DNA of 64,000 nt from an uncultured virus (IMG/VR IMGVR_UViG_3300030333_001711) (lineage: Duplodnaviria > Heunggongvirae > Uroviricota > Caudoviricetes). The notes beneath the pieces were generated by a model. It searched no databases. It saw only the letters and a list, made by a program, of their open reading frames with translations, and was not told the DNA's origin. Shown here in pieces: positions 15,416 to 29,500 of this stretch. Within the stretch, counting starts at the first letter, position 1. The number at the start of each line of letters is the position of its first letter. The stretch lies in IMG/VR virus record IMGVR_UViG_3300030333_001711. One strand, written 5' to 3'. The position numbers and the translations under genes were made by a program.

Positions 15416-17509
15416 ATGCCCGCAATACCCTCAAATTTAACTTCTTTAGATTTTTCGGAAATAAAAGAATCTATCAAATCTTATATGAGAACTCGAACTG
15501 AGTTCACTGATTACGATTTTGAAGGTTCTGCTGCTTCATATCTACTAGACGTACTAGCATATAATACATATTATTCTGCTTTCAACGCTAATATGGCGAT
15601 GAACGAAGCATTTTTAGAGTCAGCAACAATAAGAGACAACGTAGTAAAGATAGCAAAACAGTTAAATTATACACCTAGATCAATAAAAGCAGCAAAAGCG
15701 TGTGTTGCTTTTTCTGTACAAACTACATTTGTTGGTGCTAGTACCACTTATCCATCTACTGTAACTATTCCTGCGGGTGATGTATTTGTTTCATCTGTTG
15801 ATGGTCAAGCATTTACATTTACTGTTCCAGAACAGATCACTCAAATGGTAGATCAACAGACTGGTATTGCATCTTTTAACAAAACAATCATATATCAAGG
15901 AAACTTACTTTCATATGAGTATGATGTTGTTGATGTTAAAAAAAGAAAATATGAAATTCCTGTTGACAACATAGATACAGACTTACTTTATGTGTCTATT
16001 TCACCTAACGCTCAGAGTGAAGAGATTGACACTTATAACCAAATTACAAATATTGTTAATGTTGACGGAACAACTCGTGGATATTTCTTAGAAGAAACTG
16101 ACGATTTAAGATATACAATTATATTTGGTGATGGTGTTATTGGTAGAGAACTAATTGCAGGTGAGGTTATAAGACTGAAATATGTTAGAACAGATGGACC
16201 AGAAGCAAATGGTTGTAAGAAGTTTACTTTTATAGGTCAAGTAAGAGATAATACTGGTCGTGCTGTATCATCTGCTAACATCTCTCTAGCGACCGTAGAT
16301 GCCTCTCAGGACGGTGAAATGGGAGAAGATGTTATATCCATCAAGTACAATGCTCCAAGGGCATTCAGTGCTCAAAACAGAGCAGTCACGGAGTCCGACT
16401 ATGAATACATTACTAAACTGGTTTATCCTCAAGCAAAGTCTGTTACTGCATATGGTGGAGAAAGAATCTATCCACCAGTTTACGGAAAGGTCTTTGTTGC
16501 TGTAAAAACTAAGTCTGGTGCTGCATTAAACGCAACTACTAAGAAGCGTATTAAGAATGATTTGTTGAAATACTCTATGGCAGCGATCGAACCAGTTATT
16601 ATCGATCCTACAACTCTATACATACGTCCTAAGACTTATGTGTTCTTTGATGGTACTTCAACAACACTTTCTAATAATGAACTTGCTTCTAGAGTTCTAG
16701 GTGCTATTGATGAGTACAATACTCAAGGATCTGCAAATAGATTTAATGGAAGAATTGATAGATCTGCGTTCCAAACAATGATCGACCAGTCACAAAATTC
16801 CATAGTTGGTAATCAAACCACTATGACTCTTGGTTTAAATGTTACAGGATTCCCATTTGGAAGCACATTTACTCAGTGTGTAGACTTTGGTAACTCCATA
16901 GTTAATCCTGGTGATATTGGTGCAGGTAATCCTTCTGACTCATCTGGAGGAATAACTTGTAGTCCTAATTTCTCATCAGTAAAGACTGGTACATTCTACT
17001 CAACAGGTTATACAGAAAATTTACTAGATCTTGCTGTATCATCTCAACAACTAACTACAAACTCAGTATTGAGTATCAGTACATTTGTAGAAAATGATGC
17101 TAGTGCACTTTTACCAGTAAACGTAAGAGATGATGGTAGAGGTAGTTTGATAATGGTTACAAAACTTGATGAAAAAGAAGTTATTCTTAAATCTGGTGTT
17201 GGAACCGTAGATTATAAAACTGGAGAAGTTTGTTTAGGTCCTATAGACGTAGCAAGTACTCCTGATGGAACAACACGTATTCCTGTTACAGTTCTGCTAG
17301 ATAGTGGTAATGTAAATATAGGAACTGGTGTAGATCCTACTATTTTCAACCCACAAGTAATTACTATAGATTACACCATTGATGGAACTAATATTCCAAA
17401 CTTCGATCCGTTAGACTTTACTCCAATTAACTTTGACGGAACCTCGATAAATATAATTGATTATCCAACCACGGTATTTGAATACCCTGAGTTTGACACT
17501 TGCTTCTAA
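15416..17509 (+). CDS. gp6: baseplate wedge protein gp6
   Basis: LDFSEIKESIK...FTDYDFEGS...LAYNTYY...NEAFLESA; QNRAVT..DY. Confidence 0.92.
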   Translation: MPAIPSNLTSLDFSEIKESIKSYMRTRTEFTDYDFEGSAASYLLDVLAYNTYYSAFNANMAMNEAFLESATIRDNVVKIAKQLNYTPRSIKAAKACVAFSVQTTFVGASTTYPSTVTIPAGDVFVSSVDGQAFTFTVPEQITQMVDQQTGIASFNKTIIYQGNLLSYEYDVVDVKKRKYEIPVDNIDTDLLYVSISPNAQSEEIDTYNQITNIVNVDGTTRGYFLEETDDLRYTIIFGDGVIGRELIAGEVIRLKYVRTDGPEANGCKKFTFIGQVRDNTGRAVSSANISLATVDASQDGEMGEDVISIKYNAPRAFSAQNRAVTESDYEYITKLVYPQAKSVTAYGGERIYPPVYGKVFVAVKTKSGAALNATTKKRIKNDLLKYSMAAIEPVIIDPTTLYIRPKTYVFFDGTSTTLSNNELASRVLGAIDEYNTQGSANRFNGRIDRSAFQTMIDQSQNSIVGNQTTMTLGLNVTGFPFGSTFTQCVDFGNSIVNPGDIGAGNPSDSSGGITCSPNFSSVKTGTFYSTGYTENLLDLAVSSQQLTTNSVLSISTFVENDASALLPVNVRDDGRGSLIMVTKLDEKEVILKSGVGTVDYKTGEVCLGPIDVASTPDGTTRIPVTVLLDSGNVNIGTGVDPTIFNPQVITIDYTIDGTNIPNFDPLDFTPINFDGTSINIIDYPTTVFEYPEFDTCF

Positions 17510-17528
17510 GCACCAAAAATAATAAGAG

Positions 17529-20500
17529 ATGAAGTCAGTTAAGGTATCCCAACGGTTACAGGACCAGATCCCTGCGTTTATAAAAGAAGAGGATCAGTCT
17601 TTTGTAGACTTGCTAGTACAATACTACAAGTCACAGGAGAAAAGTGGTAAACCGTATGATATTTTAAACAATATTTTAAGTTATACAGATATTTCAAGTG
17701 ACGAATATGATCCTAACTTTATTTCTTCATCATCTATTGTTTTAGATCGCATAGGTGCTACTGATCAAAATATTACTGTAGAAACTGTTGATAATTTTCT
17801 TGAGAAAGATGGAACAATAAAGATTGATAATGAAATTATTTTTTATGAAGAAACAACTAAATCACCAGAGGTTGTATTTACTCCAGGTGTCAATAAGTTA
17901 GAATTTGATAAGAAAATACAAGAGTTAGAAAATATAAGACCTCTATTTGATGGAACTGAAACAAGTTTCCAATTAAAACTACTTGGAACTCCAATTACAC
18001 CAAGTTCTGTTGAGTATTTACGTGTTATAATAAATGGTTTGCAGTTAGAACCTAATGTTGATTATTTTCTTGATGGATCAAACATTAGATTCCAAACTCC
18101 TCCTGCAAACCTTGCAGGATCAACTACAGTAACTAAGATTGAATATCTTATAGGTTATACAAGTGTTCCTGTTAGAGTTTTAGATGTAATTAATATAACT
18201 GACGACCTTGTAGGTGCAAAAATACTTCCATTAAGGTTAAACACTGTTGTATATACACCTTTATCTACAGTATCTTGTTTGATTGCTGTAAATGGAGTGG
18301 TTCAAGAACCATTTACTGACTACACAGTTTATAATGATCATTTAATACTAAAAAAAGCAGTATCTTTAAATGATAAGATTACTGTAAGGTCTGTTGAACT
18401 AATTGCACCTCAATTTGGTAAAGGTGCTTCTGCTATTGCTAGAGTTAGTGATAATAAAGTTACAGATTTAATTGTAAAAAATGGTGGTCAAGATTATAGA
18501 ATTAATTTCACACCAAAAGTAACTATTCTTACTCCAGAAGGTGTAACTGGTAAAGAAGCGACTGCTGAAGCACTTGTAAATGGTATTAAGAATGTACAAT
18601 TAATTGATGGTGGTCAAGGTTATACTTCTGCTAACCCTCCTGTAGTTGTATTTGATACACCCGCAGATCCTTCTGGTTCTATAGCAAAAGCAACTGTAAC
18701 TGTTGATGATGCTACTGGTCAAGTCACAGGAATTAACGTACAATCATCTGGATCTGGATATGACACTATTCCATCCATTAGTTTTACAAATGCAGCAGGT
18801 GCAACTATTAGTGATGCTCAAATTGACTCGGAAGGAAAGGTAGTTGATGGATCTATCCAAGTATTAACTAAAGGATTACATTATACAACTGCTCCAGAAG
18901 TCTATATTGATGCTCCTGTTGATCCTATTGGTATTAGAGCATCTGCCATAGCAGTTTTAGATGATCAGAGCAGAGTAGACAGGATTGAAATGATTTCTCC
19001 TGGTAGAGGATATGTAACTCCTCCTAGATGTCGTATTATTGATCCTATAGGTGCTCAAATACTTGATGTTAAGGTATCTGGTGGTAAATTAACTGATATT
19101 CAACTTTTAACTGGTGGATCTGGTTACAATGATGCACCATCTGTTTATATTGTTGATAATAGAAAGAATTTATCTGGTGAAGCAATAGGTGGAACTGGAG
19201 CAACTGCTGTTGCAACAATATTCAATGGTGAAATTACTGATATTAATATAACAAGTTTTGGTGATGGATATTCTGATACTGAACCTCCACAAGTCTTTAT
19301 CGCAAGTCCAAAAGCAGCAGCAGCGTCTTGTGATGTTGGATTTCAAGAAATAACTGGTTTTACAGTTCATTCACACGGTTCTGAATATCAACCATCACAA
19401 TTTAAGAATTGTAAAAGAGGAGTTTCTGGTGTTTCTTCATATGATATTAGAGGAAACCAAGTATTTACTAATGAAGCACAAAGTATTCAATCTTCACACG
19501 AAGTTGGAACTTCTATAGAAAATTTAGATTCTTTATTTGCAAAAACACTATATGAACGTTTTGTAAATCAATTCTTACCTGATGCTGATATTGATTACAC
19601 TACAATCAACGCTCCACAGATTGTTAAGACAATTAAAGACTTTTATGTCTCTAAAGGTACAAAAACTGCTACAGAATACTTATTTAAAATATTATTCTCT
19701 GAAAATGTTGATGTTTCATATCCAAAAGATGAATTAATCAAACCATCTGCTGCAACTTGGTCTGTTGACACTATTATTCGTGTTGAATTGATAAGTGGTA
19801 ATCCAGTTGATATTTTAGACTCTCAATTATTCCAATATGCAGATGCTGTAGATACAACTGTTGGAAATGCTGTATGTTTAGTTGAAAACGTTATTGCAAT
19901 CAACACTGGTGATAGAACAATCTATGAATTATCAATATCTGAGGAAACTTTAGAAGGTAAGTTCTCAATACCTTATAAAACCACTCTTGTAGAACCACTA
20001 ACGACAACTGAGTCTATTATAACTGTTGACTCTACTATTGGGTGGCCAGAAAGAAACGGTATCATCATTATGGGTGATAGTGAAAGAATACAATATAAAG
20101 AAAAATCATTAAACCAGTTTATTGAGTGTACACGTTCTAAAAATGGTATTGTAGAAGATTGGGATTCTGGTACTCCAATTTACTCTGATATTTTCTGTTA
20201 TATCAATAGAGGACTAGATACTGAAGTAAAATTACGTGTTCTTGGTATTGCTGAAGCAACAGGAACAGTTCTTACTGATACTGGTTCATATTATCTTCCT
20301 AGTGACAAATTAAACGTAGCATCTCTTGGTTCTTCATCTACAGATCAGAGAGTTACATCTTGGTTATATAATGTTAAAAAATTAATCTCTGTAAACAATA
20401 TTGAACCAGGTGGTCTTAATAACCAGACTGCAACTGTTTACACTACAAATAATCACGGTCTTCTTGTTGGTGACTCTGTAACAATCTATGGTGCAAACCC

Positions 20501-23500
20501 AACGATATTTAACGGTACGTTTTCTGTAACTTCTCGTATTAGTGCTACTGTATTCTCATATCAAATATCTGCTCCTGCACCTAATTCACCTCAAGGTAAC
20601 ATTTTGATGTCTGTTGACCTTAATAAAGGTAAATCAGATGAAGAATCAATCAATAACTCTATCGCACAATTTACAACTAATGTACAAAATACGTTCTTCA
20701 ACTCAAATTACTCTTATATTGCTACAACAGGTATTCCAAACTATAAAGTTGGTCCGTTCATTGGGTCTGCTCTACTCCCAGGAAACCAAAGAAAGTTAAG
20801 TAGATTTCCTAGAATTGTTGATACTGTATCACGTCGTGATGATTTATCATTTGGTCCTATTGGATGTTGGGTAAATGGTGTTGCTGTTTGGTCTTATAAG
20901 TCTCAAATTAAGACAAAATTTGGTGGAATTACAAGTTTTGATATTGTAGATGCAGGTGAAGGATATGACGCTGCTTCTAAACCATTAATTGAAATAAGTG
21001 GTGGTGGTGGATCTGGTGCTGCTGCTAGTGTTGTTGTAAATGGTTCTTTATTTAATGTTGATGTAACAGCAGGTGGTTCTGGATACACCTCATCTCCATT
21101 AGTTTCTATTGTTGGTGGAGGTGGATTTGGTGCTACTGCAACTGCTGTTATTACAAATGGAGTTGTAAGTAAAGTTCTTGTTGAAACACCTGGTCAAGGG
21201 TACACCTCAGCACCTACTGTAAGCATCTCAGGAGGCAATGGAACAGGTGCAACTGCTACTGCCGAGGTAAGAGGTCCTATTCAATCTATTAGTGTAGATA
21301 CAGCAGGATCAAGTTATACAACTGCACCTAATATTAAATTAAATTCTGGTGAAGGTGCTGTTGCACAACCAATTATTATCAATGGTCGTATTGTATCAAT
21401 CGCTATTATTAACTCAGGTAGTGGATATACATCTCCTCCTAATGTAATTATTAATGGTGATGGTTATGGTGCTATTGCAAAAGCAACCATAGGAACATTT
21501 GGTGAAGATAAAGGACGTGTTTTAAGTATTACTGTTGAGAACAGAGGTATAGGATATTCAACTGGTCTTACAACTATTCGTTGTGAATCTATTGGTCAAG
21601 GTGCATCATTTACTGCAAATGTATTTGAGTGGACACAGAACTTAGAAACTGAACTATCAGGACTAATGGATCCTTCTCGTGGTTATGTATTTGCAGGATA
21701 TAACACACAATATGGTGGTGAATATGCACATTTATCAGATCCTAAACAATTACGTTATGTTCTTGGTGATAATGTATTTAAAGATCCATCATCAGGAAAT
21801 CTTAGAGAACTTTCAGCAGGACTAAGACACTCTCCTATTATTGGTTGGGCATTTGATGGAAACCCAATATACGGACCATATGGTTATATTGATGCTGCTG
21901 ATCAGTCATCTGGTATTAAGAGATGTGTATCTTCTTACAGAGTAAAACCTGCGTTATTATTTGACAGTGCAACCAATCCAAATCCAGTTCGTGCTGATGG
22001 ACCACTATTATCAGACAAACCCGCAGGAACTTATATAGAAGATTATGAGTATGTGTTCCAAGCAGGTGATTTAGATCAGTATAATGGTAGATATTGTAAG
22101 ACACCTGAATATCCTGAAGGAACTTATGCTTATTTTGTTTCCATTGACGCATCAGAAGCAGGTTTACCTGTATTCCCATATGTCTGTGGACCACAATTAT
22201 ATTCAAGACCTGACGAATGGAACTATAGTCAAGATGCTGTACAAACCAATATTCCTCTTGATGTTGTTAGATTCCGTGATCCTTATGAAGATGTTGACAT
22301 TGATATTCAACGTACACCTAACCAAGATACAGATACTCTTGTAACTGAGATAGGTGACGAGTTTATCTTTGAAATAGAAGATACTAACAGAGATGGTGTT
22401 ATATCAACAGAAGAAGAAAACGAATTAAATTATATCTCAGAAGAACCTGTACTGCAATTATTTGATTACTACCCTAGTGTATCTACTAGATCACAGGTTG
22501 ATATTGAGATTGATACTACTACTAAATTTGAAGATGCTAAAATTAGTGGATTTGTAGTTGAAAACCCAGGTATATCATATAAAGTTAATGATAAGTTGTT
22601 CTTTGACGATACAGGAACTGGTGGATATGGTGCATCTGCTAAAGTAAATGCTGTAAAAGGTATTGATGTCAGTCAGTACACTTCATCTATGGTTAATGAT
22701 TCACCGTTAGCAAAGATTACAACTACTGGTGAACACGATTTAAGAGTTAATGATGAAATTATTGTTGATAGTATTCCTATTATTGATCAAACAAACAAAA
22801 CATTTAGAGTAAAAGTTGTATCTGGTGTTGAAACAGTAAATATTAGTCAACAAGGTCTTGGATATAATGATGATATTCCACCAACTTACGAAATTGTTAC
22901 AGGAACTGGTCAAGATTTTAAATTAGAACTTGTACAACTTGAATCTGGTGCTGTTAATACAGTTAATATTATTAACTCTGGATCAGAATATACACCTAGC
23001 AATCCACCAGAAGTTAGAGTAAGTCATCCACAAAGATATAAAAAAGCAAATTATGCTCTTACATTATTAGATGAGAGTAGTGGTATTGAGAAAATAGTAA
23101 AACTTAAAGATATTGTTACTGCTGATGATAGAACATTCTATGTTGTCGGTGAAGCAGATGATGTTGATGGAGATTCAGCAGGATTACTTGCAAAATTCAA
23201 TAGTGATGGTAGATTGTTGTGGACACGTACAATGGCACCACTACAACCTGCTGCGGGAGATAAACGTTGTGTATTTAACAGAATTTATCTTGAAAACACA
23301 TCACCACATTCTATCTACGTTGTTGGTGAAACAATTCCTAATAATGTCAACTTATCATACAATCCAGACCTAGTTGTTGCCAAATATACCTCTGGATTTG
23401 ATGCACAGAACAATCCTACTGCTGTTCCTGTATGGCAACGTGAAATTGCAGGTATATCTGGTTCTTCAAGAAGAGATTATATATCATCCTTAACTATAGA

Positions 23501-26500
23501 TGATAACGGTCAAATATACGTTGGTGGTACAACAGATACTAACTCTCCAAATCCAGATGATATGTGGATTGCTTTGTTAGATGAACAGGGTGCTATTAAA
23601 GAAAAACGTAAGATATGTACTGCATCAGGATCAGAACAATTAACAGACCTTAAATTTACAAGTGATAACACCTGTATATTTGTTGGTGTTAATGATCCTG
23701 CGGGAACGAGTGAAATTATTATTGGTGAAACTAACTATGATAATGTAACTATTAACGTTTCTTGGAGTAGACAGTTTGGTAATACTGGATATAGATTCTC
23801 TAATCCTAAAATTACTATTGATGACTATGGTTCTAGATACGTAACTGCAACTGCATACCAAATTTCTAATACCAAGAATACTGGTGTTTTGTATATGAAG
23901 TTTGCACCTAGTGATTACAAAACTCCATCAGTTGTTAAATTACTTTCACCTACTGGTGTATTTGAAGATATACAATCAACTGGAGTTAAATTTGATATAT
24001 TTGGTAATATTGATGTTGGTGCATACGTTAAATATGCTTTCAATGATCATAGAGCAATCATATTCAAGATTTCTTGGAATACAAGTAATATATTAACTGC
24101 TGCTTCTGTAAAACAGGTTAGTGGTATTGGTTTCCAACCAACTACAATTAGTAACGATAATTCTGGTGATACTATTATTGCAGGTAATAAAATTGAATCT
24201 AATGAATTAGCAATACTCAATTTTGAATCAACTATAACTGGAGATGAAACATATAATAATACTTTAACAGCAGGATGGTCTGTAGATCCTACATTAGATA
24301 CTTCTAAATGGAAATATGGTGCACAGTCAGCAAATATCAGTGCTGCTGCGAATAGACTATCGTTAGACTGGGGTGCTGATGTAGCAACAAATTATACTAT
24401 TGAAGCGTGGATCGCTATTGGGCAAGCACAATACAATGCTCAAAGTTCTACACCAAATATTTTTGATGTTGCTCCTACTACAGGTGATAATGCAGTTGTA
24501 GAACTAGAAGGTGATGCTACAAGTCCTGATTTTGGTAAAGTTCGTTTAAAGTTAGGTTCTAATACTTACCTATCTACAACCACAACTAACTGGACAACAT
24601 TTAATAACGAAGCATTTATACACGTTGCTCTTGTTAAGTCAACTCCTGGTGTTGGTACTTACGTTTATAAAGTATTCATCAATGGTGTTGAACAAATTGA
24701 TGTAACAAGTACAACTATAGATACACAACTTAAATCTATACTATTATTTGGTAAATCATCTCCTGTTGTCGCTAGTTCTATTGGTGGTTGGGTAGATAAT
24801 ATTTCTGTATCAGGTATTGCAAAATATAGTGATACATTTACTCCTGCACAAGCAGTTGGTTCTAATAAAACAGTATCTGCTTTCTGCTACAAGTTAGATA
24901 GAGAACAAACTAAGACTGGAACATATACATTAAACACCGTTCAAACTGGTATGCAGATTCAAGTCGCAGCCGCTGTGAACGACTTTACGTTTAATACCCA
25001 GGTGATTACTTCTGGAGATTGGACATTAGGTCCTGCGGGTCTACAAATACTTGATTATGCTGATGTTGTATCAAATAATGTTGAAGGAACTTACTCATTT
25101 ACGTCTACAGATCAGATATATGAGACTAGAACTGCTACTATCCCAACACCTCTTGGTAGAAAACTACTACTAAGCACTACTGTTATTCCTAAATTCTATA
25201 TTCGTGATGCAATATATCAGTCTATTGATACTGTAAAGACAGTAACATTTAACCAAACAGCAAACTTTACTAAAGGTTCTATATTACAACAGTATTCAGT
25301 TATTGGTGGACAAGATGTAGTCAGTGCATACGGTACTATTGTAAATGTTCGTGGAGCACAAGGACAGGTTGATATTGGTAATATTATTGGTAATTTTGAT
25401 ACTACTAAGAAATTAAAATCAACTGCAAATGATGTAAACCTTATTAATCAAACATTTTTAGTTGAAACAACTATACCTCAATGGTTTACAAACTTCAGTT
25501 ATACAACTGGAGATGAAGTTTATAATGCAGGTAAGATCTATACAGCAGGTTCTACTGGAGTTTCTGGTGCTAGTGCTCCTATTCATACGATTGGTACAGT
25601 AACTGATGGAAATATAAACTGGGTATATACTCGTGATGCAGGTAGTTTTAATATAGATCTTGCAAATACTTCATATTCTAGTGGAACATTAAATCAATTT
25701 GGTTCTTGGAGACCATTTGTAGCAACAGATTACTCAATTAGAATTGAAGCAGTATATGAGGGATCAGCATTTATTAAAGGTGATAACATTGATGCTGACG
25801 CTGTTGGTCTTTCAGCAACATTCGATGCTACTGGAAAGATAATAACAATATCAGGTTTAGTTGGAGTTAAGAAATTCCATCTTACATCGAATCTTGATAA
25901 AGATATTATTCCAACTGGTGCTCTAGCATTTACAGATTTAGTATTCTGTGTTTCTACAAGTAGGCATAATTTTACTCAAAACGAAATTATATTTGTTGAA
26001 GGATTTACAACAACTGAATATGGTGGATCATTCTTTGTAGAAGAGGTTCTTGATAGTAGAAGATTCTTATATCGTTTAAGATCAACTGCTGTACAAGATC
26101 CTTCATTTACAAGTTCTACTATTGCAAGTGTTAATATCTACGCTAAACATCCACAATTATTATTTGTTCGTAAACATCAATACATATTTGACCTTGATGA
26201 TCCATCTAATTTTGGATATTATATGTCGTTCTCTAAGGATAATCAATATAAATTAGAATATCCTTTTGTAAACATTGTTAGAGAGGGTATCCCAGGTTTA
26301 ACTGACCAAACATCACCTAAACCACTTGTTAAGTTTATTGTTGATGAAGATGTTACCAATATTTCATATTACTTCGATCCATCAAGAACTCTTCCAAGTA
26401 ACTCTCCTGTAGGTGAAGCATCATTTATTGACGTTATAGAAACTCCTTATAAAGGAACATTTAATATTAATCAGATATTATCAGATACAGAATTTACATT

Positions 26501-29500
26501 CCCACTTCTTGTAGAACCAGAAAAAACAACTGCTCCTTTAGGAACAACTGAAACAGGTCTTACAAGAGCATCTTATAGTACAACTTCTCTAAAAGCGATT
26601 GGTCCTATTGCAAGTATCAAACTGGTAAACCCAGGTGGTTTCTATCAGAAATTACCTATTGTTACTGATATATCATCTGATAGAGAAATTGAGAAAATAC
26701 GTATCATATCTGGTGGTACAGAATACATTAATGGCATCTATTATAATGTTCCTATTGCAGGAGATGGTGAAGGTGGTCTATGTAATATTACAGTTGCAGA
26801 TGATGGTGAATTAACAGGTGTTATTACTGCTGTTGAATTAACATCTCCAGGTAAAGGATATACTACTGCATCTATTGATATTGATACTATTCCAGGAATA
26901 TTGGGATCACTATTACAAGGTTCTGGTGGACAACTTGATGTTGTAATTCCTGCTGAGGGATCTGGTGCATCTGTGTTCTTACAAGGTACAAGTATTGGTA
27001 AGATTAAGAAACTTAAAAATAATGAATTTGGTTTCGGTTATTCTCACGATTATACACTAAGACCTGAGATTACATTCCCTGTAAACCTTCAGTTGTTTAA
27101 TACTGCTATACTTTCTGAAATTAAGGTTACAGATCCTGGTTCTGGTTATACATCAATTCCTAGAGTTGTTATTGAAGGTGGTGGTGGATCAGGTGCTGAA
27201 GCAGAAGCGATTGTTAAAAATAATAGACTATCTGAAATAATAATTAAAAATCCTGGATCTGGATATAGTTCTGAACCATCAGTTACACTTAAGTCAGAAT
27301 TTAACTATGTTGTAAACCTTGATTTAGGATATTTACAGTTTAACTTCCCACACGGTATTACAACTGGTGCTGCTGTTCAACTTAGAGCAGAAGATTTAGG
27401 ATCTACAGTTGGTGTTCTACCAAAACCAAGTTCAGCAGGTTTGGTTAGTTTAAGTTCTACAACCACTTACTATGCTATTGCAGGTGAGGCAAATTCACTT
27501 GAAGCAGACCAACTTAGAATAGCACTAACACAAGTTGATGCTGAGTCTGGTAACTTTATTACATTCTTAACTCAAGGTGATGGTCGTCAGATTCTTCTTA
27601 CTGAAGTATTTGGTGGTCAAGCAACTGCTATTGTACAAACATCTCGTTTCTTAAAAGGAGAACTTGTATATCAAGGTTCATCCCTAGAAACTGCTACTGC
27701 AACAGGTTACGTTTCAGATAATGAAGGTTGGCAGATTGGTCCTCGTATATTAAAACTTGAAAACTATAACGGAAATTGGACTGTTGGAGAACGTGTAACT
27801 GCACAGGTATCTCGTGCATCTGGTTTGATTGATAACTTATCTATTGCTCGTGGTACATTGAATATAGACTCAATGACAACCACTACTGGTCAGTTTATTG
27901 ATGACATTGGTAAACCATCTGAAATTGTACAGAAAATTCAAGACTCTTACTTCTATCAGAACTTCTCTTACGTTATTAAATCACAAACTCCTATTAACGA
28001 ATGGAGAAAGAGTATTCTTGAAACCAATCACCCAGTTGGATTCAATATGTTTGGTGAATTGGCACTTGCAGCAGGTAAAGATATATCAGGAAGAAAGGTT
28101 GTATCTGATCTTGTTAAAGAAGTTAATATCTTTAGTGCTACTAATATTAATCAGATTACATCTTTTGCTAACTCACAACCAATATATACCGAGTTTAATA
28201 ACACTGAAGTATTATTCAGACAAAGAAGACTTACTAACTCTGAAGAAATCTTAACTTCTATTGTTAAAAAACTTGATAATATTGATAATGACTTTAATGG
28301 TGTTAAAACACAATTCCCATTGACTGTAGAAGGTGAATCTGTAACTGCAACTGATGATCAATTATTGATTCTTATTAACGGTGTTGCCCAGTCACCTGGA
28401 ACTGCATTCACAACATCTGGTCCATCTGTTGTATTCTCAGAACCACCTAAAGCACCATCAAGAATTAAGTTTAGAAATCTTACATTCTCTCAAATTAATA
28501 TTATAAGATATACATTTAGTACAACATCTGGTATTTTCCCACAAACAGGTAAACCTGTAAGGTCTTTACAGAACGAGGGAACTGCAACTGTCATTGATAG
28601 TGGTGTAGATTACATTGATGTTATCGATGTAGAAGGTACTTTCCAGATTGGTGACAATGTTTTAGCGTCATCTAGTGGATTTGATGGTACATTAAGTGCT
28701 GTAACTGGTTTAACTAGCAAAACAATTTACGAACAAGGTGAAAGAATAACAAATTTACAAGGTGATTTTGCAATTATTGAAGAAAATAACCTTAGAGATG
28801 GTGTTGTAGACGCTAGATTGGTAGTTTCTCGTACATCTGGTACATCTGAATTTGAAACTGGTGACTTTAATATCAAATTTAACGACACAATATACTCTGC
28901 TGCATCTAAAATTGCTGCAAGAGTTACTGTAATTGCACCATATACAGACGATGTATCTCAACAAATCATTGATACTGTTGATTTATCACCTCCATCATCA
29001 TTCTTTGGTCTAATTTTCCAACGTGTTCCTTCAATTACCTATCCAAATACTATCTTAGACAATATTTCTGAGACAGTTATCAATCCAGAAGAACTATATG
29101 AAGAGGGAACTGCTAATAACCAAGACTTCTTAGACTTTGAAGAGGTAAGAAACCAAGAAATTAGATATAATTATCTGTCAGGATCACAATTTGTAGCAGG
29201 TGACTCAATACGTAACAAACAAATCTACTATGATAACGCTTCATTAGTAGGTGTAGACGATCAACGTTCATTTGATGCTGCTGTATTGATAAGAAAAAAT
29301 GCTAGATTCATTGCTGAAGAAGCAGTTGGATTAATGAAGGCATTTTTCCCATCATTTGTAGTTCCATCATTAGGTGGAGATAGAGATTGTGAAGATGATA
29401 TTGTAGATATTTTAAATATTGTTGCATATCAATTAGAAGTTGATGGTAACTCAGAAATCTGGGATGCTGCTAGTACATATGTACAGGGTAATGCAATATA

